A stretch of DNA of 64,000 nucleotides from a virus. The notes under the pieces were generated by a model. It saw only the letters and a program-made list of their open reading frames with translations, did not search any database and was not told the DNA's origin. Location: IMG/VR virus record IMGVR_UViG_3300032285_004073, positions 112,808 to 176,807 of that record; one strand, written 5' to 3'. Below are positions 9,058-18,900 of the stretch, one piece after another (position 1 is the first letter of the stretch; each line of letters starts with the position of its first letter). The position numbers were made by a program, and so were the translations under genes.

Positions 9058-9617
9058 GCGTAACGTTTTTCAAATGCTCCAGAAGCTGGAATAGAAGTAT
9101 TTTTAGTAGGTAAAGATTGATCTTTCGGTCTATTGCCTAAAGCCCCAAAATCATTTTTTAATTCCTCCGGTTTAGACCCAATGGGTTGTTCATATTTATT
9201 AGGAACACCTTGGACCGGTGGTAAATTATTACCAAAACGCAATACTTCAATATATTTTAAATCTCCAGGAACCTCAAATTCATTAAATTCTGTAGGATAT
9301 TGAACAGTTCGAGGATCACATTTTAAAACTAATACAACATTATTAGAACCGGCAATACTATTTGCATCTTTAGCATTAGCATTATTGGAATTGCCATTTA
9401 CTTCACTAATAAAGAAAAAGGTATCAGGGTTTTGTTGTAAAATGTTTTGAATCCAAGAATGGAACAATTCATCTGTTTCATATCTTTGTTTATAGAAATC
9501 AGACTTAAAAAACTCTGGTCTGAGTTTTACTGGTGTTCCGGTGCGAAAACCTCCGTTTGTATAGTGGGCAAAGGCTCTTTCACATAAGGTTTCGAATTTA
9601 TTGAATTTTTGACTCAT
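9054..9617 (-). CDS. Hypothetical late protein
   Basis: 187-aa ORF divergent from gp25, sharing the palindromic late motif. Confidence 0.65.
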   Translation of the reverse strand: MSQKFNKFETLCERAFAHYTNGGFRTGTPVKLRPEFFKSDFYKQRYETDELFHSWIQNILQQNPDTFFFISEVNGNSNNANAKDANSIAGSNNVVLVLKCDPRTVQYPTEFNEFEVPGDLKYIEVLRFGNNLPPVQGVPNKYEQPIGSKPEELKNDFGALGNRPKDQSLPTKNTSIPASGAFEKRYA

Positions 9618-9636
9618 AGATATTGTATGTTAGACC

Positions 9637-9646
9637 TAAATATTTA
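9637..9646. promoter_or_regulatory. Palindromic TAAATATTTA: bidirectional late promoter candidate
   Basis: Perfect palindrome giving TAAATA on both strands in the 37-bp gap between divergent genes. Confidence 0.55.
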
Positions 9647-9654
9647 CCTCCGAC

Positions 9655-10161
9655 ATGGCAACTATTCACATAGATAATTTAATTAACCCTCGTCAAGTTA
9701 ATTCAAAGGCTACAGTTTTGACTCAACCTAATAAACCAACTGTAGCTGTTTATACAGATTTACACTTAGATTTATCCGAAATTTATAATATTGGAATAGG
9801 AACAAATCCACAAAAATCTAATGATATTAAAGTAGATAATGATGCAGCTGCTATAAAAAATTCTTTATATAATATTTTTACAACTATTCCCGGACAAAAA
9901 ATATTAAATCCTTCTTTTGGTTGTAATCTTAATCAATTTGTATTTGAAGAAGTATCTGAAATTAAAGGTAAAATAATAGGTGATACTATTTTAAATGCTA
10001 TTAATGTCTATGAACCCAGAGTTCAAGTCCTAAATATACAAGTATATCCTTTACCAGATCAACTGATGTATTACATTATTATGTCATATCAAATGGTTGG
10101 GATAGCTAGCACATTTTCAACGCAAATACAAATATTTCCAAATAATATCTTAATAGTATGA
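9655..10161 (+). CDS. gp25: Baseplate wedge subunit, gp25-like
   Basis: D..AIKNSL.NI..T.PG....NP.FG..L....FE......I...I..YEPRV. Confidence 0.9.
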   Translation: MATIHIDNLINPRQVNSKATVLTQPNKPTVAVYTDLHLDLSEIYNIGIGTNPQKSNDIKVDNDAAAIKNSLYNIFTTIPGQKILNPSFGCNLNQFVFEEVSEIKGKIIGDTILNAINVYEPRVQVLNIQVYPLPDQLMYYIIMSYQMVGIASTFSTQIQIFPNNILIV

Positions 10162-11957
10162 GTAACATCCCTTCCACACCAAATGATTATGTAGCCTTTG
10201 ATGCTACTAATATTAGCGATTTAATAATCAATCGTTTAAATCAAGGTCAGGTATTCACTGATCAAAATTATCAGGGATCTAATATGTCTGCTATTATAGA
10301 CATTATTAGTTATTCTTTTAGTACCTTATTATTTTATCTTAATAAAACAGCTTCAGAAAGTCTTTTTTCAGAAGCTCAGGTGTATGAAAACATGAATAGA
10401 ATTGTTAAACTTTTAAATTATAATCCTCTTGGTAGAATTACACAAAACGTACCTTATACTTTAAACTCTTCATCTTCCTTACCAGCTGGGAACTATATAA
10501 TCCCTCGTTACAGTTATATAAAAGTAGGAGCTGATACGTATTCATTTAATACAGACATAGCTTTTACAAATTCAGCAAACGGAGTAATTGAATTACAAAA
10601 TGTAAATTCTGATTTTTTCCTTTACCAAGGCCAATTTCAAGAATATCCTATATATTCGGCTCAAGGAATTAATAATGAAATACTTTATATTAGCTTGGGA
10701 TCTGACACTTATGTAGACCATTTTAATTTATTTGTTTATGTTAAAGATGTAAACACCGGATTATGGACTCAATGGAAACAAACTCCTAATTTATTTTTAA
10801 ATAAATCCACAGATAAAAATTATGAAATAAGATTTAATGCAAATAAAAATTATGAAATTAAATTTGGTGATAATATTAACGGATCAGCATTAAATGATGG
10901 CGACAAAGTCTTGGTATATTATTTAAATATAAATCCAAACGCTACAGCATTAGCAGCCAATACATTAAACAAATTACCAATTGCTCTCTATAATAGTGTA
11001 AATTACAATCAAATTTTAAATAACACTATTTCTAACCCAACATATATAATACCTCAAAATTATTTAAAATATGTAACTATTAATAATGATTATCCTTCTA
11101 ATCCTTATTCTGAAGAGGAAAGCGTTGATAGCATAAGAAATAACGCACCTAAAAATTTTAGTTTCCAACAAAGATTGGTCACAGCTAATGATTTTCAATC
11201 GTATATAAATTCAAATTATGCTCATTTATTTGCCAATAGTTCCGTAGTTAATAATGACGATTATTTAAGTGGCCATATAAAATATCTATATAACATAGGT
11301 ATAGATTCTCCGCAATCTGATAATAATATTTTATACAGCCAAATTAAATTTGCGAATAGTTGCAATTTTAATAATGTATACGTTTATCTTGTTCCTAAAA
11401 ATTCCACACAACAATACGTAGCAGCTTCGCAAAAGGAATTTATAATATCTGAACTACAAGAAAAAAAGGTTTTAACATCAGAAGTTGTGATTATAGATCC
11501 GGTTTATATGGCTTTAGATTTCTATGCCAAATCACCTTATTCTAAACCTTCAACTAATGACATTAATAATAGTAAACTTTTAATTTACAAACAATCTCAT
11601 AGTAGAAGATCTCCAGCTGGGATTCAAGCTGATGTAATAGCTTTAATTAAAAAGACATTTAATAATCAGACATCGACATTAGGTCAAATGATTGATTTGC
11701 ATAAATTGACAAATGATATTTTAAATATTGATGGAGTAGATCATATTCAAACATATAGAAGTGATACAGATTCTTATGCAGAAGGTATTTCCCTTTTAGT
11801 TTGGAATAATTCTTATCCTCAATTAGACGTTTATACAACATCTCAAAATATACAATTACAATACTTTCAATTTCCAGTATTTAATAACATAAACAATTTA
11901 ATTAATAGAATTCAAATTGTTGATAACAGTGGTGTAATTCAAGTTTCGGATTACTAA
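10158..11957 (+). CDS. gp6: Baseplate wedge subunit, gp6-like
   Basis: FTD.NY.GSN.S.IID..SY, ESLF..A, Y.I.FGD...G, ES.DSIR.NAP..F..Q.R.VT..D. Confidence 0.9.
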   Translation: MSNIPSTPNDYVAFDATNISDLIINRLNQGQVFTDQNYQGSNMSAIIDIISYSFSTLLFYLNKTASESLFSEAQVYENMNRIVKLLNYNPLGRITQNVPYTLNSSSSLPAGNYIIPRYSYIKVGADTYSFNTDIAFTNSANGVIELQNVNSDFFLYQGQFQEYPIYSAQGINNEILYISLGSDTYVDHFNLFVYVKDVNTGLWTQWKQTPNLFLNKSTDKNYEIRFNANKNYEIKFGDNINGSALNDGDKVLVYYLNINPNATALAANTLNKLPIALYNSVNYNQILNNTISNPTYIIPQNYLKYVTINNDYPSNPYSEEESVDSIRNNAPKNFSFQQRLVTANDFQSYINSNYAHLFANSSVVNNDDYLSGHIKYLYNIGIDSPQSDNNILYSQIKFANSCNFNNVYVYLVPKNSTQQYVAASQKEFIISELQEKKVLTSEVVIIDPVYMALDFYAKSPYSKPSTNDINNSKLLIYKQSHSRRSPAGIQADVIALIKKTFNNQTSTLGQMIDLHKLTNDILNIDGVDHIQTYRSDTDSYAEGISLLVWNNSYPQLDVYTTSQNIQLQYFQFPVFNNINNLINRIQIVDNSGVIQVSDY

Positions 11958-11962
11958 AATAG

Positions 11963-14900
11963 ATGCAAGCTACTCAGGATCCATTAATATTAAACGAATC
12001 AATTTATTTTGATTATTCCCCTCCTCCTACTTTTTCTGGGCATTATAATAGGCATCCTTTTAGAATTCACATAACATCTTCTCATAGCGATCAACATATT
12101 ATTTCTTTAGATGCAAAATATTCAAGATCTTACAACCCTCAACCTAATCCTAATAAATGGTCTTTTTTAAGACCTGAATATAGATTTTTAGATTTAAGTG
12201 GCAATAAAATTAATTACATAACCACTCAAGATACACCATTTTATATTGGTTCAGACGGTAATTTAAATAATGTTAGCGGAACCTTTATTGGTGTTAGTGG
12301 GTTTGCGGAATTTTATTTTATAGATGATATTTATAATTTTGACTTAGCCATAAACAATCAACCTTATACTACTATTATAGCTACTCTACAAACAAGTGGT
12401 ATAAATTATTTTTTCAATAACAATGAATATATTTCTACCTCATATGCCAATAGTTTAGCAACAGCATATCAACCTCATATTTTTTATTATCGAAATCCAG
12501 ATTATATAAAAATATCAGAAAATGGCGGTAGAGATTTTATTAACCCAAGATGGTCTGCCACAACACAACCAATTGTGTTTACTCTTAATTGGAATGGAAA
12601 TTATATCTACAATGATGTAAACATACCAACCTATAATGAACCTTATAATTTTTGTCATTATTTCCCCAATTCTCAAAATCAACAAATACAAATTAAAGCT
12701 AATACAGTTGGCGTAAGTTCCAATTTTAATGATAATCTAGTAATATCCTATAGTAATAAAGATGGTTATCGTTCTCAGAGTTATTGTAAGACATATTTTA
12801 ATATACCCAATAGTCAAACATCTCTCGGAGCTTATATTACAGCATCTGTTAATTTTGATTCTGGTCTAGATTTTACTGGAAATGCGTTTAGTCCCAAGAT
12901 TTGGATATCAAATCCTAATGCTGGTACAGTGACTATTGCTGAGTATAATGACCCTAGCATTTTTAATACTACAGATCCTAACTTTACATCGACTCAATTT
13001 AAAAATTTTAATGTACCTATTGTTATAAATCCAGATTATACCAAAGATAATTTTTCCACAATAGGATTTCATGGCATTAATAGTATAGCAGTTTTACCTC
13101 CTCCGGATTTTAAAGCATGGGCTTGTGACGGTGAATTAAATTACCTTTACAAATTTTCCACAGAGGGAAGTATAATTTCTGCAATTGATATTAACCAAAT
13201 AGTAAAAACACAAAAATTAGGTTTCTTTGTAGAAAATCAAGTTTCTCCAGCTTCTATTACATTAGATAGCAATCTTAATATTTGGATGACTTTATATGAT
13301 ACAGCATCTGTTTTAAAATTAGATCCTAATGGAAATTTCTTATTTGCTTTAAACCCATTATCATCCATCAATTATACACTTCCTCCTAATATAAATTATA
13401 ATTGGTATCTCTACAATGAAATGCAGCCATTATCTGGTGAGGTGCAAAACTTTATTGAACCTACCTATGTTGAAACAGATTTAAACAATAATATCTGGGT
13501 AACATATTCCAATTACGCTAGTGGATTTTTAATAAAATATGATACCAATGGCAATTTACTTAAAACTATTAGTTATCCAGTTCTTTCAAGTCCACAAGAT
13601 TTAGTAGTAGATAATGCAAATAATGTATGGGTTGCATTATCTAATAACTCTGGTGACACTTTAGGCACTTTGGAAAAAAGAAATTCCTTTGGAGTATTAC
13701 TAAGCTCCTTTGGAAATATTACTGGATTGAATAATTTGACTTTAGATTTAAATCAAAATATTTGGTTCACATATTCATATTCTAGAATAGCAACTATAGA
13801 TAATAACACCGCAAATATAACAACAATTAATGTATCAGATTATGATAATACACCTTTAGTAATTCCGAGAGACAACAATTCTCAAATATTTTATTCCTCA
13901 TCACCTCAGACCAAAATAGTATCCAATAGTATTAGTAACATCAACAGAATTATTTATAGCCTTTCAGATGTACCTGCAACAACACCAAGTGGAACTATTG
14001 CCAATTCCTCTTATACAACAGCTAGCCAACAAATTTTAGCAGCAAAGGCTCAGATTCAGCAAGCAGTTATTAACTATGCGGTGACTAATTACCCAAATGC
14101 CATGAGTAATAATCCAACTCTTACAGCGTATTGCTACAGAGATACTGGATTTATAGTAGATGCATTAGCTGCGGACATAGCCAATAATACAAATCATCGA
14201 TCAATTGAAGTGGGTAATTTTTACTACAAAGGTGTAACAAAAAATGTTAATGTACCTTATGGACAATTAATTCTGCCTTCTTACGAATTATCAGCAACAA
14301 TAAATTCTATTAATTACATTGCATCTTATATTAATTCCAATGTAGTTACAGATACTTCTAGAAAAACTGATGTGACATCACGTATGGCTGATGTAGTATA
14401 CCCTCTTCAAACCGGAGGAGCTTTAAAGGCATATTCTCCTGCTGGATCACCTACTACAGACGATATTAATATAGCCAATCTTATAGCTGCTAATAGATCT
14501 GCCCTTCAAGATAAAGTTTCTTATTATGTAATACAAAAGGGATATTTGTTTGATAGTGCTCTTTTACAAATTTGTAAAAGAGATGTTGGGTTGATTGTAG
14601 ATGCTATATACAATGATCTAGTATCCGGAGTCAATGCTAGGTCTATAGAATACGGCTTGGCATATTGGAATGGAAGCACTACAAGATTGCCAGACAGTCT
14701 TGTACCTAATCATAAAGAAAAAACAACAGATACATTTAATTATCTTAACACTTGTATTAAAGATCTTTTAGTTGCTAATGGGTATTTACAAGACACAACA
14801 CCTTCTCCTTACAATATATATGCAGATAAAGGATTAACTGTACCAGATGAATATACATCAGAAACAGCTTTGGAAGGTATAGCTGCCGATTATAAGGGCA

Positions 14901-15952
14901 ATATATATGTTATAAATTCTGTTGAAAATCAAGTATATATGTTTAATTCAACAACTAAGAATTTTACAAATAAATTTTATATTAATCCTCAAGGATTTAA
15001 TTTCTTCTACCAGAACAATATTAATAGCATAGATTATAATGTTTGGACTAAATCAGCTCAAGCTTATGGTGACTGGACTGGGTTTAGATGGATTAATAAA
15101 TATTATAAATATCAAAACTCAAGAATAATATCTTTAACTGGAAGATCTACTAATTTAGATTTTTACGGAAATCATGCGTTTGATGTTTTTAAAGTTAATG
15201 AAAATTTTGACATGGCTGGTCAAATGAAATCTTTAGCTTTTATGCCGGTTTTACAAGATAGCCCAGTTTTCTTTGATAATTTCTTAGGATCTATTTTCGG
15301 TAAAGCTCCTTTTAATCATAATGATCTAGGAATAGAAAGTTATGAAAAGATTGCAAATTTCTTACCCAATAATGTAGATATAGACACTTGTGGTATAGAC
15401 GAACTTTACAACTTAGCCAATTCAGTAAATCAACATGATGGTGATGACTTTACTTTAACCTATCCAAATGAAATTAAAAGATTAATGAATTTAGCTTCCA
15501 TAAATCAATCTATACTTTGGGGTACAACTTCCAAAAATCAAAATTACTTTAAGTCTCCGTCCACAGATGGAGTCTTGAATAGGGGTAAATTGTTAACTAA
15601 CAATTACACAGTTTCTGCTGGAACTCCTGTAATATTAAATACTAGATCACTTAACAGTTATGATCTAATACCCACAGGACCTATCAACGGTTCAACCAAT
15701 TATCCCTTATCTACATTAATTTCTTACATAGGTTTAGATCCACTTAATTGGGAAACATATTACAACATATATGAATTTATACCTGGATTTAGTAAAACGC
15801 TAACTGAAGGTATTATAGATTGGAATAATCCTCAAACAACCATTACTCAAAGTCAATCTTCTCATTATAATTGGGTTGGAAATGAACAAACGTTAGATAA
15901 ATTATTTTCATATAATTTATATAACGGATTAGGATTACTAAAGAATTATTAA
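11963..15952 (+). CDS. Large baseplate wedge protein (gp7-like position): beta-propeller repeats, two inserted phycobiliprotein-like domains, C-terminal wedge-like domain
   Basis: Follows gp6; repeats such as ITLDSNLNIWMT, VETDLNNNIWVT, LVVDNANNVWVA, IAADYKGNIYVI; CYRD and CKRD repeats; C-terminal FLG.IFG...YEKIANF...DIDTC.ID.L. Confidence 0.75.
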   Translation: MQATQDPLILNESIYFDYSPPPTFSGHYNRHPFRIHITSSHSDQHIISLDAKYSRSYNPQPNPNKWSFLRPEYRFLDLSGNKINYITTQDTPFYIGSDGNLNNVSGTFIGVSGFAEFYFIDDIYNFDLAINNQPYTTIIATLQTSGINYFFNNNEYISTSYANSLATAYQPHIFYYRNPDYIKISENGGRDFINPRWSATTQPIVFTLNWNGNYIYNDVNIPTYNEPYNFCHYFPNSQNQQIQIKANTVGVSSNFNDNLVISYSNKDGYRSQSYCKTYFNIPNSQTSLGAYITASVNFDSGLDFTGNAFSPKIWISNPNAGTVTIAEYNDPSIFNTTDPNFTSTQFKNFNVPIVINPDYTKDNFSTIGFHGINSIAVLPPPDFKAWACDGELNYLYKFSTEGSIISAIDINQIVKTQKLGFFVENQVSPASITLDSNLNIWMTLYDTASVLKLDPNGNFLFALNPLSSINYTLPPNINYNWYLYNEMQPLSGEVQNFIEPTYVETDLNNNIWVTYSNYASGFLIKYDTNGNLLKTISYPVLSSPQDLVVDNANNVWVALSNNSGDTLGTLEKRNSFGVLLSSFGNITGLNNLTLDLNQNIWFTYSYSRIATIDNNTANITTINVSDYDNTPLVIPRDNNSQIFYSSSPQTKIVSNSISNINRIIYSLSDVPATTPSGTIANSSYTTASQQILAAKAQIQQAVINYAVTNYPNAMSNNPTLTAYCYRDTGFIVDALAADIANNTNHRSIEVGNFYYKGVTKNVNVPYGQLILPSYELSATINSINYIASYINSNVVTDTSRKTDVTSRMADVVYPLQTGGALKAYSPAGSPTTDDINIANLIAANRSALQDKVSYYVIQKGYLFDSALLQICKRDVGLIVDAIYNDLVSGVNARSIEYGLAYWNGSTTRLPDSLVPNHKEKTTDTFNYLNTCIKDLLVANGYLQDTTPSPYNIYADKGLTVPDEYTSETALEGIAADYKGNIYVINSVENQVYMFNSTTKNFTNKFYINPQGFNFFYQNNINSIDYNVWTKSAQAYGDWTGFRWINKYYKYQNSRIISLTGRSTNLDFYGNHAFDVFKVNENFDMAGQMKSLAFMPVLQDSPVFFDNFLGSIFGKAPFNHNDLGIESYEKIANFLPNNVDIDTCGIDELYNLANSVNQHDGDDFTLTYPNEIKRLMNLASINQSILWGTTSKNQNYFKSPSTDGVLNRGKLLTNNYTVSAGTPVILNTRSLNSYDLIPTGPINGSTNYPLSTLISYIGLDPLNWETYYNIYEFIPGFSKTLTEGIIDWNNPQTTITQSQSSHYNWVGNEQTLDKLFSYNLYNGLGLLKNY
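14012..14770 (+). other. Two tandem phycobiliprotein(globin)-like domains inside the baseplate protein
   Basis: YCYRDTGFIVDALAADIANNTNHRSIEV (Cys724) and ICKRDVGLIVDAIYNDLVSGVNARSIEY (Cys871) align by eye with alpha-phycocyanin KCARDIGYYLR.VTYCLVAGGTGPLDEY, with flanking helices in register. Confidence 0.6.
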
Positions 15953-15967
15953 ATTGTATTTTCAATC

Positions 15968-15973
15968 TAAATA
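15968..15973 (+). promoter_or_regulatory. Late promoter TAAATA
   Basis: 9 nt before ATG 15983. Confidence 0.5.
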
Positions 15974-15982
15974 TTAAAAGAA

Positions 15983-18900
15983 ATGAGTTTTACTCCCACA
16001 TTAGCATATAATATACAAGGATCTGGAAACTACCCCTCAGAGAACTATATAAGTTATCCTTTACAGTCTTATTTTATAGCTAATTTAGGACCTTTAAAAT
16101 TTTATAACGGTTTAAAATATAGAAAAAAACCTTACAGTGATGTAGCTAACTTTTATTTAAACTCTCCTATTTTTAATTCTTTTTTTACTTATAGTAATGC
16201 TGTTACATCACAATATTCGGATATTACAGATCCGACCCAAGCCAATATTTTAGTAGAATCTTATAATACCATAGATTTTGGTGATTGGATATCCACACCT
16301 TCTATAACTTTAAATACATCTAACATAAGAAAAACTTACAACATTCCTTCAGAATTTAATTTATTTTATACTACTTTAAATCAAAATACGGATTTAAGTT
16401 ATGGATATTTATTATATCCTAGCAAATTATTTTTAAATCCAGTTAGCTTAACACAAAACGGAAATAACTGGAATTTAACCACAAATATTAATGTAGCATT
16501 ATCTTCGGTTATTGGAATAGAATCAAATTACATAGAACAAGACGCCGCGGATTATCATATAAACACCTATTTAAAAAATACACCCACTTTATTATCATTA
16601 GGATCCGCCGGTCTCAATAGTTCTTATAGTTTATTTTTTGACCTTTGTGCTAATCGTACTCGTACACATAGGCCTATTATTAATTTTACACAAGGATATA
16701 AACCAACATATTTTACTTCTATATTAGAACCTAATTCTATATTGAATCCCGACTCTTTAGTTGTGACATTTAGTGCTGCATGTTCTAATCCCACTTTTAG
16801 TATTACAGAACAAATTATATCTCAAGATGAACCAGATGTTTGGAAATATGATGAAACTACACATTTTAATAATACTTTTGTAATTTTATCATCATATGAT
16901 ATTAAAACAAAATCACCAGTACAAACATTTCAATTATATCAAACAATTACACCAGGAGGTGCAAATTATCCTTTAATTGACAGTAAAAATTGTGTTTTAA
17001 GTGCAACTTTATTTTTAAACAATTCTAATATTAGATATTCTAATCCTCTTTCCAAGAGCACTTACAACGTACATCATACAACGGATTCTATTTTAGGGAT
17101 TAGTTATATAGCAGATTGTGGATTATTTAAAAATAATGACCCTATTAGTGGTTCTCTTACAATCAATAGTAGTCCAGCAAGTTTTAAAACATCTGTACCT
17201 ATTAATAACGTAGCTAGTAATCAAACAATTGTTTGGACTACTCCGTATCCTCCTCATTATTATTCTTATAAAACAAAATTAGCAAATTCAGGCGCTTATT
17301 TAGATTCTAATTCTTTAAATTTTTATCTTTATTCTTCTAATGTACCTACATCAGATAATAACTATAATACTAATCAAAGCAGTTATTATGTTTTATTATC
17401 ATCCTATATTACATCGGATCATAATATTCTTAGTTACAGTTTAGACGCCGTCCCAAACGATCTTATTAGATTTCTTCCTGTTAATTTAGATCCTTTAATA
17501 GCCCCTAATTTAGTTTGTTCTTATGGACCATATACTTCGTTAGTAGCTGGTTCTGCTATACAGACATACAACTTAATTAATTCTCCGTGGGTACCGGTAT
17601 CTGCTGGTGATTGTTTGCGCATAGATTACCCTTATGGTATGTACGGACAAACACCTCTCAGTATAAGGTCATCTCTTTCTTCTAAGGTTGCGGGTCAATT
17701 AGATGCTTTTAATGCAACTAATTTTGTGTTGGCGCCAGATTATCAACAAAATAACGGATTTGCAATAGATTTACAAGTATTGAGTGAAGATTATAATCAA
17801 ATAACATTGAGTGTTTCTAATAATGTTTCTTTAAGCAGTTGGCCTTATATAGATTTGACATATAAAAATATATGTTGGTATTACACAAGTGATGATGTTT
17901 TACCTGATTTAAACATATCTTTAAATATAGCAGACTCAACTGGAAATATTCTCAGTTCTATACAACCTTATCAAGTAATACCTTTTAATAATTTAACATG
18001 GAATGTTAATATTTCTGGATATGGTCCCAATACTTTGACTATATACGTTTCATCTTCAGATGAAACAATAACTCAACCCTCATTTATTGATACTAATCCA
18101 TCACTATTTTCATATTTTGTAGAAAGACAATTTGCTGTAACACCTTTAATTGAATTGGATAACTTGAATATAGACAGAACAATTTCTTTACAAGCACAAT
18201 TACCAATTAACAATACTATAGTCAATATACCATCAGCTTACCAAGATTCCGCTATGTATTGGACTTGGTCTTTTGATGACATAACAGATCCCTCTTTACA
18301 ACCTATATCTGCCAATTACAATGTTTTAAGTTCAGACAATGTTACAATTATATCCAAAGATTATACACATTCAACACCTGGACCTATATCATTGTTAAGT
18401 TCTATAAATTTAGTAATAACACCTCCTCAAGGCAGTAGAGCACAAAATTTACACAATATAAAAGTTGTAGCCCATTCTGATATAATGAACCCTTCGGTTA
18501 TAGGATCCTACAGCTTCACTGTAGATGATTTTCCAAGTACAGATATTTTTAATGCAGATTTTACAACAAGATATAACAATGCTGAAGCAATTGTTTTAGG
18601 GAATACATCTTCCGGACATAATACGATAACTAGAAAGGGCAATGCATCACCTGGAACTAATTTATATTTTAAATTAATACCGTCAGACGTAGCTTCTAAT
18701 TTAGCAAATAATAATGGAGAATTAACTTGGTATTACAATAATCTAGCTATAGATTCAAATTCTGATAATAGTCTTAATTTTGATTTAAGTCTTAGTGCCA
18801 CACCTACAATTCAAAACAATATTTCAGCTGCATCCATTGCCTTAAAATTAACAAATTCTTTTGCTAATGGGTGGACTAGTGCTCATAATGTAAGCGCTAT

